DNA of 64,000 nucleotides from Phycisphaerae bacterium (lineage in GTDB: Bacteria > Planctomycetota > Phycisphaerae > UBA1845 > Fen-1342): positions 96,001-160,000 of the forward strand of contig CAXXTC010000007.1 in assembly GCA_963666925.2 (NCBI GenBank), read 5' to 3'. A program made the translations under genes and the position numbers. Within the stretch, counting starts at the first letter, position 1; each line of letters starts with the position of its first letter. This document shows, one piece after another, positions 39,534 to 49,060 of this stretch. Under the pieces are notes generated by a model. The model was not told the origin of the DNA and ran no database searches. It saw only the letters and a program-made list of their open reading frames with translations.

Positions 39534-41276
39534 GTGGGTTCCTTGCAGCGCACCAACCGGCTCGGACAACTCCTCGTTGACGAGGGGCTCGTCACCGCCG
39601 ATGACCTGCGCCGCGCCCTCGATGCCCAGAACAAGGACAACAAACGCCTCGGCGAGCAACTCATCGAACTCGGAATCCTCTCGCCCAGGGCCATGCTCAG
39701 CGCCCTCGCCAAGCAGCTCGATGTCAAGTGCTGCCAGCTCCGCCACGGATTGATCGACCCCGCCATCGCCCGCCTGCTCGATCTCGACGAAGCTACCCGG
39801 CTCAAGACCCTGCCACTCTTCAAGGTCGGCGACGTCCTCACCGTCGCCATGGCCGAGCCCCAGTCGCTGCCGACCATCGACCGACTCAGTGCGCTCACCG
39901 GCTGCCAGGTCAACCCCGTCCTCGCGCTCGAAAACAACATCGTCGAGTTCCAGGAAAAGTACCTCGGTGAGCAGGTTGATATCGACTCTTTCCTCGTCAA
40001 TCTCACCGAGAGCGAGGTCAAGGTCGTCGAACGCGAAACCATCGACGACGAGAACGCCCACGAAATCAGCCGCATGGTCGACGGCAGCCCGATCGTCAAC
40101 CTCGTCAACCTGGCAATCATGACCGCCATCCGTGACAAGGCCAGCGATATTCACGTCGAGCCCACCAGGCAGGTTACGCGGATTCGCTATCGCATCGACG
40201 GCAGCCTGCGCGAGCTGATGTCTGCCCCCAACAGCATGCACGCCGCCATCGTCTCACGCATCAAGGTCATTGGAAAAATGGACATCGCCGAACGCCGACT
40301 GCCCCAGGAGGGCCGCGTCCACGTCGTCGCCGAGGGCCGCGACATCGACCTCCGCGTTTCGTCTATCCCGACCCTGCTCGGCGAAAAAATCGTCATGCGT
40401 ATCCTCGACCAGACCAACTTGGACATCTCGCTCGACAAGCTCGGCCTCTACCCCGAGCAGGTCGCCGCCTTCCGCCGAATCTTCTCCAAGCCGCACGGCA
40501 TCGCACTCGTCACCGGCCCAACCGGCAGCGGCAAAACCACCACGCTTTACTCGGTCATCGACCTGATCTCCTCACCCGAGAAAAACATCGTGACCATCGA
40601 GGATCCCGTCGAGTACCAGCTCGACGGCATCAACCAAATCCAGGTCAACGAAGCCGTCGGAATGTCCTTCGCCCGCGCCCTGCGATCCATCCTCCGCCAG
40701 GACCCCGATATCGTTATGGTCGGCGAGATCCGCGATTCCGACACCGCCCGCGTCGCCATTCAGGCTGCTCTCACCGGCCACCTCGTTCTCTCCACTCTCC
40801 ATACCAACAACGCCCCCGGCGCCTTCATCCGCCTCGTCGACATGGGCGTCGAACGTTACCTGCTTGCCTCCGCTTTCAACGGCGTCGTCGCTCAGCGACT
40901 GGCACGCACCATCTGCCCATATTGCCGCACCTCCTACTACCCCTCGGAAAGCGCCCTCTCCGATGCCGGCTGGCTCGGCGACGCCGACCGCGTTTTCTTC
41001 AAGGGCGAGGGCTGCAAGCAGTGCCACGACAGCGGCTTCCGCGGCCGAGCCGGAATCTACGAAGTCCTCGAAGTCACCGAGGAGGTTCAGAACGCCGTCC
41101 ACCGCGCCGAGGACGAGGACGAGATCAAGCAGGTTTGCCGCCGGCATGGTTGGCGCTCCCTGCGCGAGGAGGGCCTGCGACTGGTCGAGGATGAACGCTC
41201 TACCCTGGAAGAGGTCCTCCGCGTGACCCACGCCGAAACCGAGGACCGCACCCGTGCCGAGGTGGCCACCGTATGA
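39534..41276 (+). CDS. pilB: GspE/PilB assembly ATPase with N-terminal MshEN domain
   Basis: Tandem RLGQLLVDEGLV...ALDAQ / RLGEQLIELGIL...[22 protein letters not shown], CxxC...CxxC. Confidence 0.93.
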   Translation: MGSLQRTNRLGQLLVDEGLVTADDLRRALDAQNKDNKRLGEQLIELGILSPRAMLSALAKQLDVKCCQLRHGLIDPAIARLLDLDEATRLKTLPLFKVGDVLTVAMAEPQSLPTIDRLSALTGCQVNPVLALENNIVEFQEKYLGEQVDIDSFLVNLTESEVKVVERETIDDENAHEISRMVDGSPIVNLVNLAIMTAIRDKASDIHVEPTRQVTRIRYRIDGSLRELMSAPNSMHAAIVSRIKVIGKMDIAERRLPQEGRVHVVAEGRDIDLRVSSIPTLLGEKIVMRILDQTNLDISLDKLGLYPEQVAAFRRIFSKPHGIALVTGPTGSGKTTTLYSVIDLISSPEKNIVTIEDPVEYQLDGINQIQVNEAVGMSFARALRSILRQDPDIVMVGEIRDSDTARVAIQAALTGHLVLSTLHTNNAPGAFIRLVDMGVERYLLASAFNGVVAQRLARTICPYCRTSYYPSESALSDAGWLGDADRVFFKGEGCKQCHDSGFRGRAGIYEVLEVTEEVQNAVHRAEDEDEIKQVCRRHGWRSLREEGLRLVEDERSTLEEVLRVTHAETEDRTRAEVATV

Positions 41277-41336
41277 ACGTCAACACGCCGCAACCACTGC
41301 ACCGATTGACCGTTCCGCCGACCCGCGAGGTGAAGC

Positions 41337-42545
41337 ATGCACTTTGCCTTTGAAGCGCTGCGACCCGACGGCTCCACAGTCACCGACCGCATCGAGGCCG
41401 GCGACCGTGACGCGGCCGCCGACATCCTCCGCGATCGCGGTCTGATGGTTACGCATATCGAGGACGCCCGCGGCGGCACCACCGGGTCATCCGCCTCGCC
41501 AAACGCCGGCAAGGTCAGCTTGCGCGAGCTCGTCATCCTCACCCGCCAGTTGAAAATGCTCCTCGAGTCCGGCTCTTCCCTTGTCCCCGCGCTCGAGGCC
41601 GCGGAGAAACAGAGCAATCGCCCCGGCATCCGCGCCCTGTTGCGCCGACTGCACGACCGCGTCGAAGGTGGCGACAATCTCAGCCAGGCCCTCGAACCCG
41701 AAGGCAGATATTTCGACCCCGTCTTTCGCAGCCTGGTCGCCGCCGGCGAAAGCACCGGCTCGCTCCCCCAGGTGTTCGATCGCCTCGCCGCGCTCGGCCA
41801 ACAGCAACTGCAAACACGCAAAATGGTCATCGGCGCCGTAACCTACCCTGCCATCCTCTGCCTGCTGCTCATCGGCGTCATGGCCATCCTCCTGCTCTTT
41901 GTGATCCCACGCTTCACCATTCTGTTTACCAGCCTCAATTCGCCACTGCCCGCAACAACCAAGTTCCTCTTCGAGCTGTCCGAATTCGTACGCGTCGGCT
42001 GGCCGTATATCCTCGGCGGCGCCGCGCTCGTCATTACCGGACTCGTTTTCGCCGTTCGGCTGCCTGCCACCAAGGCCTGGTTCGACGAACTGCTCATTCG
42101 CCTGCCCATCGTCGGCAAGCTCATGGCACGCCTCGTCTTCGCCCGCGTCGTTCGCATTTGGGCCGCCATGCTCCGCTGCCATATACCGCTGCTCGAAGCC
42201 ATCCAGCAATCACGCGCCGCCGTCACCAATGTCACTTTCCTCCGTCTGCTCAATGATGTTGAACAATCCGTGTCTTCCGGCGGACACATGGGCCAGGCCA
42301 TCGCCCGGGCTCGGCTCGCCGATCCCGTGATCGTCTCCGCAATCAGCACCGGCGAAGAAAACGGCCGCCTCGCCGAGGCCACCGACTTCGTCTCCAACTG
42401 GATGGACGAGGATAACACCGCCATGGTCCAGGCCGTTACACGCCTGGCCGAACCGCTCTTGCTCGCTTTCATGGGACTCATCGTCGGCTTCGTGGCGATG
42501 TCGTTGTTCATACCACTGTTCGATCTCGCGACCGCCGGAGCCTGA
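41337..42545 (+). CDS. pilC: GspF/PilC inner-membrane platform protein
   Basis: AGESTGSL, TYPAIL, LPATT, GEENGRL, LAEP. Confidence 0.92.
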   Translation: MHFAFEALRPDGSTVTDRIEAGDRDAAADILRDRGLMVTHIEDARGGTTGSSASPNAGKVSLRELVILTRQLKMLLESGSSLVPALEAAEKQSNRPGIRALLRRLHDRVEGGDNLSQALEPEGRYFDPVFRSLVAAGESTGSLPQVFDRLAALGQQQLQTRKMVIGAVTYPAILCLLLIGVMAILLLFVIPRFTILFTSLNSPLPATTKFLFELSEFVRVGWPYILGGAALVITGLVFAVRLPATKAWFDELLIRLPIVGKLMARLVFARVVRIWAAMLRCHIPLLEAIQQSRAAVTNVTFLRLLNDVEQSVSSGGHMGQAIARARLADPVIVSAISTGEENGRLAEATDFVSNWMDEDNTAMVQAVTRLAEPLLLAFMGLIVGFVAMSLFIPLFDLATAGA

Positions 42546-42567
42546 TCCGCGGCGCACCTGGTGTTGC

Positions 42568-43710
42568 ATGGTTACTCTGCTCGGCACAAAACGCTCAGCA
42601 ATCACTTTCGACGTCGGTGCCAGCGGCATCCGCGCCTACCAGCTCCGCGAACATCGCCGGGGCCCCAGCCTCGTCGACATGCTGCACCTCGACCTTGCCA
42701 CGCAATTGCCCACCGACCAGCCCGAAACCGATGACAAGGTCACCATTGAACCCGCCCTGGTCAATCCGGCCCTGCTCGCGCGGCTCGTGGGACAGGGACG
42801 CTTCGCCGGCCGCGAGGTCGCCCTGGTCATCTCGCCCCCCGACGTGCAGTTCCTCCCCATGCACCTGCCCCCCCAGACACTCGACCAGCCACCCGAGAAG
42901 ATCCAGCAGGCACTCCGCTACGAGGTCGCCCGCGACAGCCGACATTCCGCCGAGGGCCTCGAAGTACGCTACTGGACACTGCCCGGCGCCCGCGGCCAGC
43001 AGGCCAACGTCATGGCCGTCGTCATGTCCGCCACGCTCGCCAACCAGTGGTGCCGACAGCTCGACGATCAGAGTCTGGCCCTGCGACGCATCGACGTGGC
43101 CCCTTGCGCCCTCGTACGACTCACCCGCCAGCTCTGGACCCCGGCCGATGATGATCTCTGGGGCATCCTCGACCTCGGCCTGCGCCACAGCACGCTTACG
43201 GTCGTGGTCGGAACCACCCCGACCTACATCCGCACCTTGTCAAACTCCGCCGCCCGCTGGACCCGTCTCATCGCCGAGGCTTTTGAGGTCCCCCCCGACG
43301 TCGCCGAACAGCTCAAACGTGAGCACGGCGTCGTCACCACCCAACGCGGCATCGACAAGTCAACCGAATCACGCGCCCTGCTCCGCGCCACCGACCTCCC
43401 CAGTGCATTCGCCAGCGTGCTCCGCGACGCCTTGCGCACACTTACCCAGGAGGTCGAACGCTGCTTCTCGTACGTCATGCAGAGCTTCCCCGAGCACGGC
43501 GTCAAACGCCTCGTCGTTGCCGGCGGCGGCAGCGACATGCTCGGCCTGCCCTCCGTGCTCGAAGCTGAACTCGGCGTTCCCATCTCCTGTCTGACCAACG
43601 CCCCCGACCGGGACGCTACAAACTGGGAACATCCGCTCAACCACGTGCCCGTGTCGGCTGCCGTCGGGGCCGCCGTCGGCGGCGCTCTGCTTGATCTGGA
43701 GGCCTCATGA
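42568..43710 (+). CDS. pilM: PilM-like actin-fold pilus assembly protein
   Basis: FDVGASGIR, LDLGLRHS, VAGGGS, and gene order. Confidence 0.82.
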   Translation: MVTLLGTKRSAITFDVGASGIRAYQLREHRRGPSLVDMLHLDLATQLPTDQPETDDKVTIEPALVNPALLARLVGQGRFAGREVALVISPPDVQFLPMHLPPQTLDQPPEKIQQALRYEVARDSRHSAEGLEVRYWTLPGARGQQANVMAVVMSATLANQWCRQLDDQSLALRRIDVAPCALVRLTRQLWTPADDDLWGILDLGLRHSTLTVVVGTTPTYIRTLSNSAARWTRLIAEAFEVPPDVAEQLKREHGVVTTQRGIDKSTESRALLRATDLPSAFASVLRDALRTLTQEVERCFSYVMQSFPEHGVKRLVVAGGGSDMLGLPSVLEAELGVPISCLTNAPDRDATNWEHPLNHVPVSAAVGAAVGGALLDLEAS

Positions 43711-44333
43711 GCGCAGGCGTCAACCTGGTACCGCACGCTTTCCTGCGCGCCCGACGACGGTCACGCCGCCGCAACGCCTGGCTGGCCGTCGTTGCAGCCA
43801 CCGCTTTCCTCTTCCTCATGGGCTGGGGTGGTCAGCGCCTCGCCGCCCATGCGCTCCACACCGTCGAATACCAGGTCGAAAACATCGAACAGCAACGCAG
43901 CGATGTCCAACGACAGCTCCTCATGGCTGCCGGCCGCCGCAGCGAACTGGTCGACCAGCTACGCACCGTTACAGAATCCCGCCGGCCGCAGCCCTGGGCC
44001 CAACGCCTAACAACCTTGACCGACGTCGTCCCCGCCGGCGTCCTCATCACCAGTATCGACATCGGAACCGGCGGCCGAGTCGTCGTCGGAAACCGCCGAC
44101 CTCCACGCGGCCCCGCGAACACCGCCGCCAACGCCACCGACCACAATCTCCAGCCCGTCCAGATGCGCGGACACGCGCTCGACCACGGCGCGCTCATCCA
44201 AATGCTCAACACCCTCCAGCAACTCCCCGGCTGGACTCAGGTCGAACTCGTTCGGGCCACCCTCGGACCCTTCCGCACCGGCGCCGCGGTTGCTTTCGAG
44301 CTCGATTGCCAGACGTTGGAGGACGTGCAGTGA
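43707..44333 (+). CDS. pilN: PilN-like protein
   Basis: N-terminal VNLVP (INLLP-like), TM segment, coiled coil, VPAGVLITSI. Confidence 0.8.
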   Translation: MSAGVNLVPHAFLRARRRSRRRNAWLAVVAATAFLFLMGWGGQRLAAHALHTVEYQVENIEQQRSDVQRQLLMAAGRRSELVDQLRTVTESRRPQPWAQRLTTLTDVVPAGVLITSIDIGTGGRVVVGNRRPPRGPANTAANATDHNLQPVQMRGHALDHGALIQMLNTLQQLPGWTQVELVRATLGPFRTGAAVAFELDCQTLEDVQ

Positions 44334-44896
44334 CTCGGTCCACTCAAACACGCCGCAACGCCGACATCGACCTGATGGGCCTGGGGGGGGGGGCGCTCTG
44401 TCTCATTCTGGGCTGGTGGCTTGTCGTCGCCCCCTGGATGAGCACCTGGTCCGACTATCGAGCCGTCGCCCTCCGACGCGCCGAAGCCTCTGCCGGGCTC
44501 CGCGACGACGTCCACGAACTCGAACGCTTCCAGGTCGGCCTGGTACAACTCGAAGACGCCGTAACTTCGCAGTCCGACGCCGTTCCCCACGCTACATCAA
44601 CCTCCTCGCTCCTGCGCGAAATGACCGCAATAGCCGAGGATTGCAGCCTGAAGCTCCTCAGCGTCGCGCCACAGCCCGCCGCAAACGACGGCAAGTATGT
44701 CGTGACCGACGTCCAGGTCGCCGGCCGAGGATCCAGCCACGATTTCATCCGCTTCCTCGACCGCTTTGCCCAGCAGAATCCTTACCAGGCGTTACGCTTC
44801 TGCTCGATCACTCGTCTACCCGATTCGGATTCCCCGGATTGTGAGCTCGCCTGGGCCGTCCGCCTATACCTGCTCCCGCCAGGGACTGAGGGCTAG
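44330..44896 (+). CDS. pilO: PilO/GspM-like protein (contains a G11 tract)
   Basis: GTG start overlapping the pilN stop, TM segment, coiled coil, GRGSSHDFIRFL. Confidence 0.75.
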   Translation: MTRSTQTRRNADIDLMGLGGGALCLILGWWLVVAPWMSTWSDYRAVALRRAEASAGLRDDVHELERFQVGLVQLEDAVTSQSDAVPHATSTSSLLREMTAIAEDCSLKLLSVAPQPAANDGKYVVTDVQVAGRGSSHDFIRFLDRFAQQNPYQALRFCSITRLPDSDSPDCELAWAVRLYLLPPGTEG

Positions 44897-44916
44897 ATCG
44901 CCATGGTGTCGTCATA

Positions 44917-45456
44917 ATGAAGTCGCTCGGCAAACGACAGAAGTTGCTCCTCAGTGCCCTCGCTCTGGCCGGCCTGATCTGGGGCGTGGATACGCTGACC
45001 GGCGGCGGACCCAGCCCCGCCGACGCCCGTCCCACACCTGCTCCCACGACAGCTTTCGAGACCGAATGGTCCGATATCACCCCCCTGATCGAACAACTCA
45101 CCAAACGCCACACCCAGCCCGTGGAGAACCTCGACAGCCTCAAACGCGATCTCTTCATGCCCACGGACGAATTTCTGGCTGCCTTTCCCCCGCCCCCCGA
45201 GCCGGAGAACGACCAGTCCCCCCAAGAGCCACACCATGTCGAAGCCTCCCCCGTCGATTTCAGCAGCGTCCACAGCCTCTCCGGGGTCATGCTCGGGCAC
45301 ACACCGCAGGCCGTCATCGATGGCCACCTCCTCCGTATCGGCGACGAGATCGGTGGTTATCGGCTCATCCGCATCGAACGCGACCAGGTCGTCTTCCGCG
45401 ACGTCCTGACCGCCCACGATGCCATCCTTACGATCCAGCCCCCCGGCCCGTCCTGA
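44917..45456 (+). CDS. PilP/GspC-like hypothetical protein
   Basis: TM anchor, RDLF motif, LSGVMLGHTPQAVIDG...IGDEIGGYRLIRI, and position after pilO. Confidence 0.6.
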   Translation: MKSLGKRQKLLLSALALAGLIWGVDTLTGGGPSPADARPTPAPTTAFETEWSDITPLIEQLTKRHTQPVENLDSLKRDLFMPTDEFLAAFPPPPEPENDQSPQEPHHVEASPVDFSSVHSLSGVMLGHTPQAVIDGHLLRIGDEIGGYRLIRIERDQVVFRDVLTAHDAILTIQPPGPS

Positions 45457-45609
45457 CGGATAAACCGGGTACGCCCTCACGCCGACTTACTAAAGCCCTC
45501 TCCCAGCGGCACCGATGCTTAACTAGGGTAACAGGATGAACTGGAACGGTCTGGCCCGGCCACACGCCGCCGCCCGACCAGATCCCAATGAGGATCAGGA
45601 GCACTACCG

Positions 45610-46146
45610 ATGATGTCCCCGAAAGGCAGACTGTTCGCTTTCTCGCTCGTTGAGTTGGTCGTGGTCGTGGTGATTATCGGCATCCTCGCTGCCATTGCCA
45701 TCCCACGCCTCAGCCGCGGTTCTTCCGGCGCTTCGGAATCCGCCGTCGCTGCTGATTTGTCCATGATCCGTGGATCCATCAGCATGTATGCGGCCGAGCA
45801 CAAGAGCAATTTCCCGGGTGCCAAGACGGACGGTACCAACGCCGCCAATACCGCCGAGGCCTTCATCGCCCAGTTGACTCAGTACACCGACATCAACGGC
45901 AACGCTCAGCAGACCAAGGACACCACGCACGTCTACGGCCCATACATAGTGTCGATGCCCCCTTGCCCCGTGGGTGAGGCCGCCGGCACTACCACCGCTG
46001 CCGACGTGCTCATCGATACCACCAACAGCCCCCCCACGGTAGTCACGACCAACGGAGAGGGCTGGGTCTACAACCCCTCCACCGGCGAGTTCCTGCCAAA
46101 CACCACGACGAGTGACGAGTCCGGCACCGCGTTCAACCTGTACTAG
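45610..46146 (+). CDS. Type IV pilin / T2SS pseudopilin
   Basis: Class III signal A-FSLVELVVVVVIIGILAAIAIP, YGPY. AGGAG RBS. Confidence 0.92.
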   Translation: MMSPKGRLFAFSLVELVVVVVIIGILAAIAIPRLSRGSSGASESAVAADLSMIRGSISMYAAEHKSNFPGAKTDGTNAANTAEAFIAQLTQYTDINGNAQQTKDTTHVYGPYIVSMPPCPVGEAAGTTTAADVLIDTTNSPPTVVTTNGEGWVYNPSTGEFLPNTTTSDESGTAFNLY

Positions 46147-46296
46147 CAATAGTACGACTGATCCGGTCTCTCGAGTCGCGAGCGTCTTGTGAGTATTGGG
46201 GTTGGCTGTCTGGCCTGTGGACAATCCGTCCGCAGGTCCGGTCCGGCGAGCACCTCGCTCGCCAGCACGGAACCTGACGAAGTTGCACATTGCCAA

Positions 46297-46339
46297 CCGG
46301 GTCGACCCTCCTCGCGAGCGGTCGGCCCGGCCTTTTTTT
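46297..46339 (+). terminator. Rho-independent terminator after the pilin gene
   Basis: CCGGGTCGACC...GGTCGGCCCGG followed by T7. Confidence 0.7.
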
Positions 46340-46354
46340 CGCAGCTCCGCCGAG

Positions 46355-46480
46355 GTGCCACTGTTCCGAAAGCAGCGTTCAGCCCCCTTCTGGCACCAGC
46401 CCCCTGTTTGAAGCACCGGCCCCCCTCTTTGTCGCACCGGTTTGTAACCGGTGGGTCGTGCCGGCTACAAACCCCAGTGC
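46355..46480. repeat. REP cluster
   Basis: GTGCCACTGTTCCGAAAGCAGC (46355-46376) and GTCGCACCGGTTTGTAACCGGTGGGTCGTGCCGGC (from 46431). Paralogous to 52026-52105. Confidence 0.75.
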
Positions 46481-46542
46481 CACGGCTATGGAACGAGCTC
46501 AGCTTTCATCCGGAATGGTGTACGAAGTACATGCGGCCTGCT

Positions 46543-48096
46543 CTAATCGAACAGCCCAGGCTGCCGCGGATCTTCTGCGGTGCTGCGAAATTCCCCGTCC
46601 GCCAGCTCGGTCTTGATCCGCATCCGTTCGCGAATCTCCGCGACCGAGCGCAGAATCCGCCCCGACCGGGCGTCGCGCGTGATCGAGTAGCCGCGTTTCA
46701 GCACGCGGCGCGGATCGCAACTCGCCAGCGTCTGCTCGCGGGCATCCAGCAGACGCCGCTGATGTCGCAGCGTCGTCCGCATGACCCCACGCAGGTGCGC
46801 GTGGACCTGTCGCAGGTGGTTGCGCTGCATCCGCGCGGTGACTTCCGGACTGACGCGTGCCAGCCGCCCCTCCCGGCGAGCCAATTCGCGCTCACACCGC
46901 TGCCGCAGCGCCGGCAGCAGTTGCTCCAGGTGCCGCAGCCCCGTTTCGATCCGCTGCCCGGCCCGGGCAAACGCCGCGCCGGCCCCAAAACGCAGCAACG
47001 CCAACTCATGTCGGCTGAACCGTGCCCGCGTCACCCGGAACAATTCCCGAGCTCCGCTACGCAAACGCTGCTGCAACTCGTCGATCCGCTGCATCTGCTG
47101 CCGCAGTCGGCTCGCGGGTCGGGCCAGGCTCTCGCAGGCCAGTCGGCGCTCCAGCCCCGACCGCGCCAGCGCCAACTCGTGACCCAGCGCCCGCGTCGCA
47201 CGCCGGGTGGTCGTTCGCACCAACTCGCCCAGGTCGGCCACGGCCGGCGCGATCAGCTCGGCCGCCGCGGTCGGAGTGGCGGCCCGCAGATCGGCCACCA
47301 GGTCGCAGATCGTCACATCAACTTCATGTCCAACGCCGCTGACCACCGGCAATTGGCTGGCAGCAATCGCCCGCGCGACGACCTCCTCGTTAAACGCCCA
47401 CGAATCCTCGAGCGATCCGCCTCCGCGGGCCACGATCAGCACGTCGATACCCCCAAGTTCGTCCGCCGCCCGATTGGCCAGCTCGATCGCGCCGGCAATT
47501 TCCGCCGCCGCCCCCTCGCCCTGCACGCGTACCGGGAAGAGCAGCACCTCGACCAGTGGCGCCCGCCGCGCCAGCGTCCGCAGTATGTCCAGAATCGCCG
47601 CCCCGCTCGGGCTCGTTATCAGACCGACCCGCTCCGGAATTCGCGGCAACTCACGCTTACGCTGCGGATCAAACAGCCCCTCACGTTCGAGCCGCTCTTT
47701 GAGCTGCCGAAATGCGACCTCGAGTGCCCCCACGCCCCGCGGCTCCAGCTTCCGCACGATGAGCTGATATGCCCCGCGCGGCGCGTACACTTCGATCCCG
47801 CCGGTGGCGATAGCTTCCATGCCCGATTCGGGCTCAAAACGGAGGTGACCGACGCTGCTCCGCCACATGACACAACGCAGTTCGGCCTGCGCGTCCTTCA
47901 GCGTGAAATAGAGATGCCCGCTGGCCGGCTGCGACAGGTTGCCGATCTCGCCGACCACATGCAGCGTCGGCGGCAGGTGCTGGGTGAGCACGCCGCCGAT
48001 CAGCGCGTTGACCTGCCGCGGGCTGAAGAGCCGCGGCTCGTCAGCGGTCTTCGACCGGGTTGAGGAGCCCGTTCGCCGGGGCACGTCGACCTCCAA
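46543..48096 (-). CDS. xseA: Exodeoxyribonuclease VII large subunit
   Basis: GEIGN, SGHLYFTLKD, TSPSGAA, RGGGSLED, SGVGHEVD, ATPTAAAE, LKRGYS. Confidence 0.95.
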   Translation of the reverse strand: MEVDVPRRTGSSTRSKTADEPRLFSPRQVNALIGGVLTQHLPPTLHVVGEIGNLSQPASGHLYFTLKDAQAELRCVMWRSSVGHLRFEPESGMEAIATGGIEVYAPRGAYQLIVRKLEPRGVGALEVAFRQLKERLEREGLFDPQRKRELPRIPERVGLITSPSGAAILDILRTLARRAPLVEVLLFPVRVQGEGAAAEIAGAIELANRAADELGGIDVLIVARGGGSLEDSWAFNEEVVARAIAASQLPVVSGVGHEVDVTICDLVADLRAATPTAAAELIAPAVADLGELVRTTTRRATRALGHELALARSGLERRLACESLARPASRLRQQMQRIDELQQRLRSGARELFRVTRARFSRHELALLRFGAGAAFARAGQRIETGLRHLEQLLPALRQRCERELARREGRLARVSPEVTARMQRNHLRQVHAHLRGVMRTTLRHQRRLLDAREQTLASCDPRRVLKRGYSITRDARSGRILRSVAEIRERMRIKTELADGEFRSTAEDPRQPGLFD

Positions 48097-48128
48097 ACAT
48101 CTCAGCGCGTTGTCAGAGGTTGCTCAGT

Positions 48129-48200
48129 GTCCCACTGCTCTTGAGCAGTGGGATTTCGAATATCAGTCAGCGTGTACGTGCCACTGCTCTGTGAGCAGTG
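48129..48200. repeat. Two tandem REP family B copies
   Basis: GTCCCACTGCTCTTGAGCAGTG (48129-48150) and GTGCCACTGCTCTGTGAGCAGTG (48178-48200). Confidence 0.85.
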
Positions 48201-48305
48201 CATTCTCGAGCATCATCATTCGAGCTTAACAACACGCACCAGGCAACGCCGCACCAGTGCGAAAATCGTGTTCCGCCGCCGGCCGAGTATGCGCCCCCCG
48301 GAGAC

Positions 48306-48350
48306 AAAAAGAAACCCGCCCCCGGCATTCAAGCCGCAGGGCGGGTTTCT
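48306..48350 (-). terminator. Rho-independent terminator of rplM-rpsI
   Basis: Minus strand AGAAACCCGCCC...GGGCGGGTTTCTTTTT. Confidence 0.8.
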
Positions 48351-48377
48351 CGGAATCCCGATCGGGGCAGCGCTCTC

Positions 48378-49052
48378 TTAACGCTTCGAGAACTGGAAGC
48401 GTCGGCGAGCCTTGCGCTGACCGTATTTCTTACGTTCAACCCGACGCGCATCACGCGTCAGGTAGCCGGCATCTCGCAACGCCGGCTCAAACTGGTCGTG
48501 TGCCTTGGCGAGCGCGCGGGCCAGACCCAGGCGAATCGCGCCGGCCTGCCCGGTATGCCCACCACCGTGCACCAGAACCCGCACGTTCCACTGCTTCCGC
48601 ACGCCAGTCGTGTCCAGCGGTGCCTGAACATCCACACGATCCTGCGGCTCGGTAAAATACACATCGACGGGACGCTCGTTGACGATGAACTGGCCATCGC
48701 CAGCGCTCATACGAACCCGCGCCACCGAACTCTTACGCCGGCCGGTCCCGAGGAACACACCCTCACGCGCGGGCGGCGGCCCTTCCGCTTCCTGCGGCTC
48801 AGGCTCGGCCGCATCGGGGGCGGGATCAGCCGCGGGCTCCGTAGTGGGTTCGTCGGACACGGGGGGCGGGGTCGGCTGATCAGCCGGGGGCGTCGCCTCT
48901 GGCGCTTCCGGCGCCGGCGTAACAGCCTCCGGGGGAGTGGCAGCTTCTGGGGGTTGCGGCGCAGCAGGCGCGGGCACTTCCGCCGACTCGGCGGGCTCGC
49001 CAACCGGGCTCTGCTCCGCAGGTTTGGGCTCGGAATCCGTCACGGGCGTCAC
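48378..49052 (-). CDS. rpsI: 30S ribosomal protein S9 with long Pro/Ala/Glu N-terminal extension
   Basis: GTGRRKSSVARV, GGGHTGQAGAIR, LTRDARRVERKKYG, QFSKR. Confidence 0.97.
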   Translation of the reverse strand: MTPVTDSEPKPAEQSPVGEPAESAEVPAPAAPQPPEAATPPEAVTPAPEAPEATPPADQPTPPPVSDEPTTEPAADPAPDAAEPEPQEAEGPPPAREGVFLGTGRRKSSVARVRMSAGDGQFIVNERPVDVYFTEPQDRVDVQAPLDTTGVRKQWNVRVLVHGGGHTGQAGAIRLGLARALAKAHDQFEPALRDAGYLTRDARRVERKKYGQRKARRRFQFSKR

Positions 49053-49060
49053 TCCTGGGT

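Noticed and set aside
48129..48200. Tandem palindromic repeats as a mini-CRISPR (also 56901-56992)
   Set aside because: Only two units, variable spacing, dispersed copies and no cas genes. They fit REPs.
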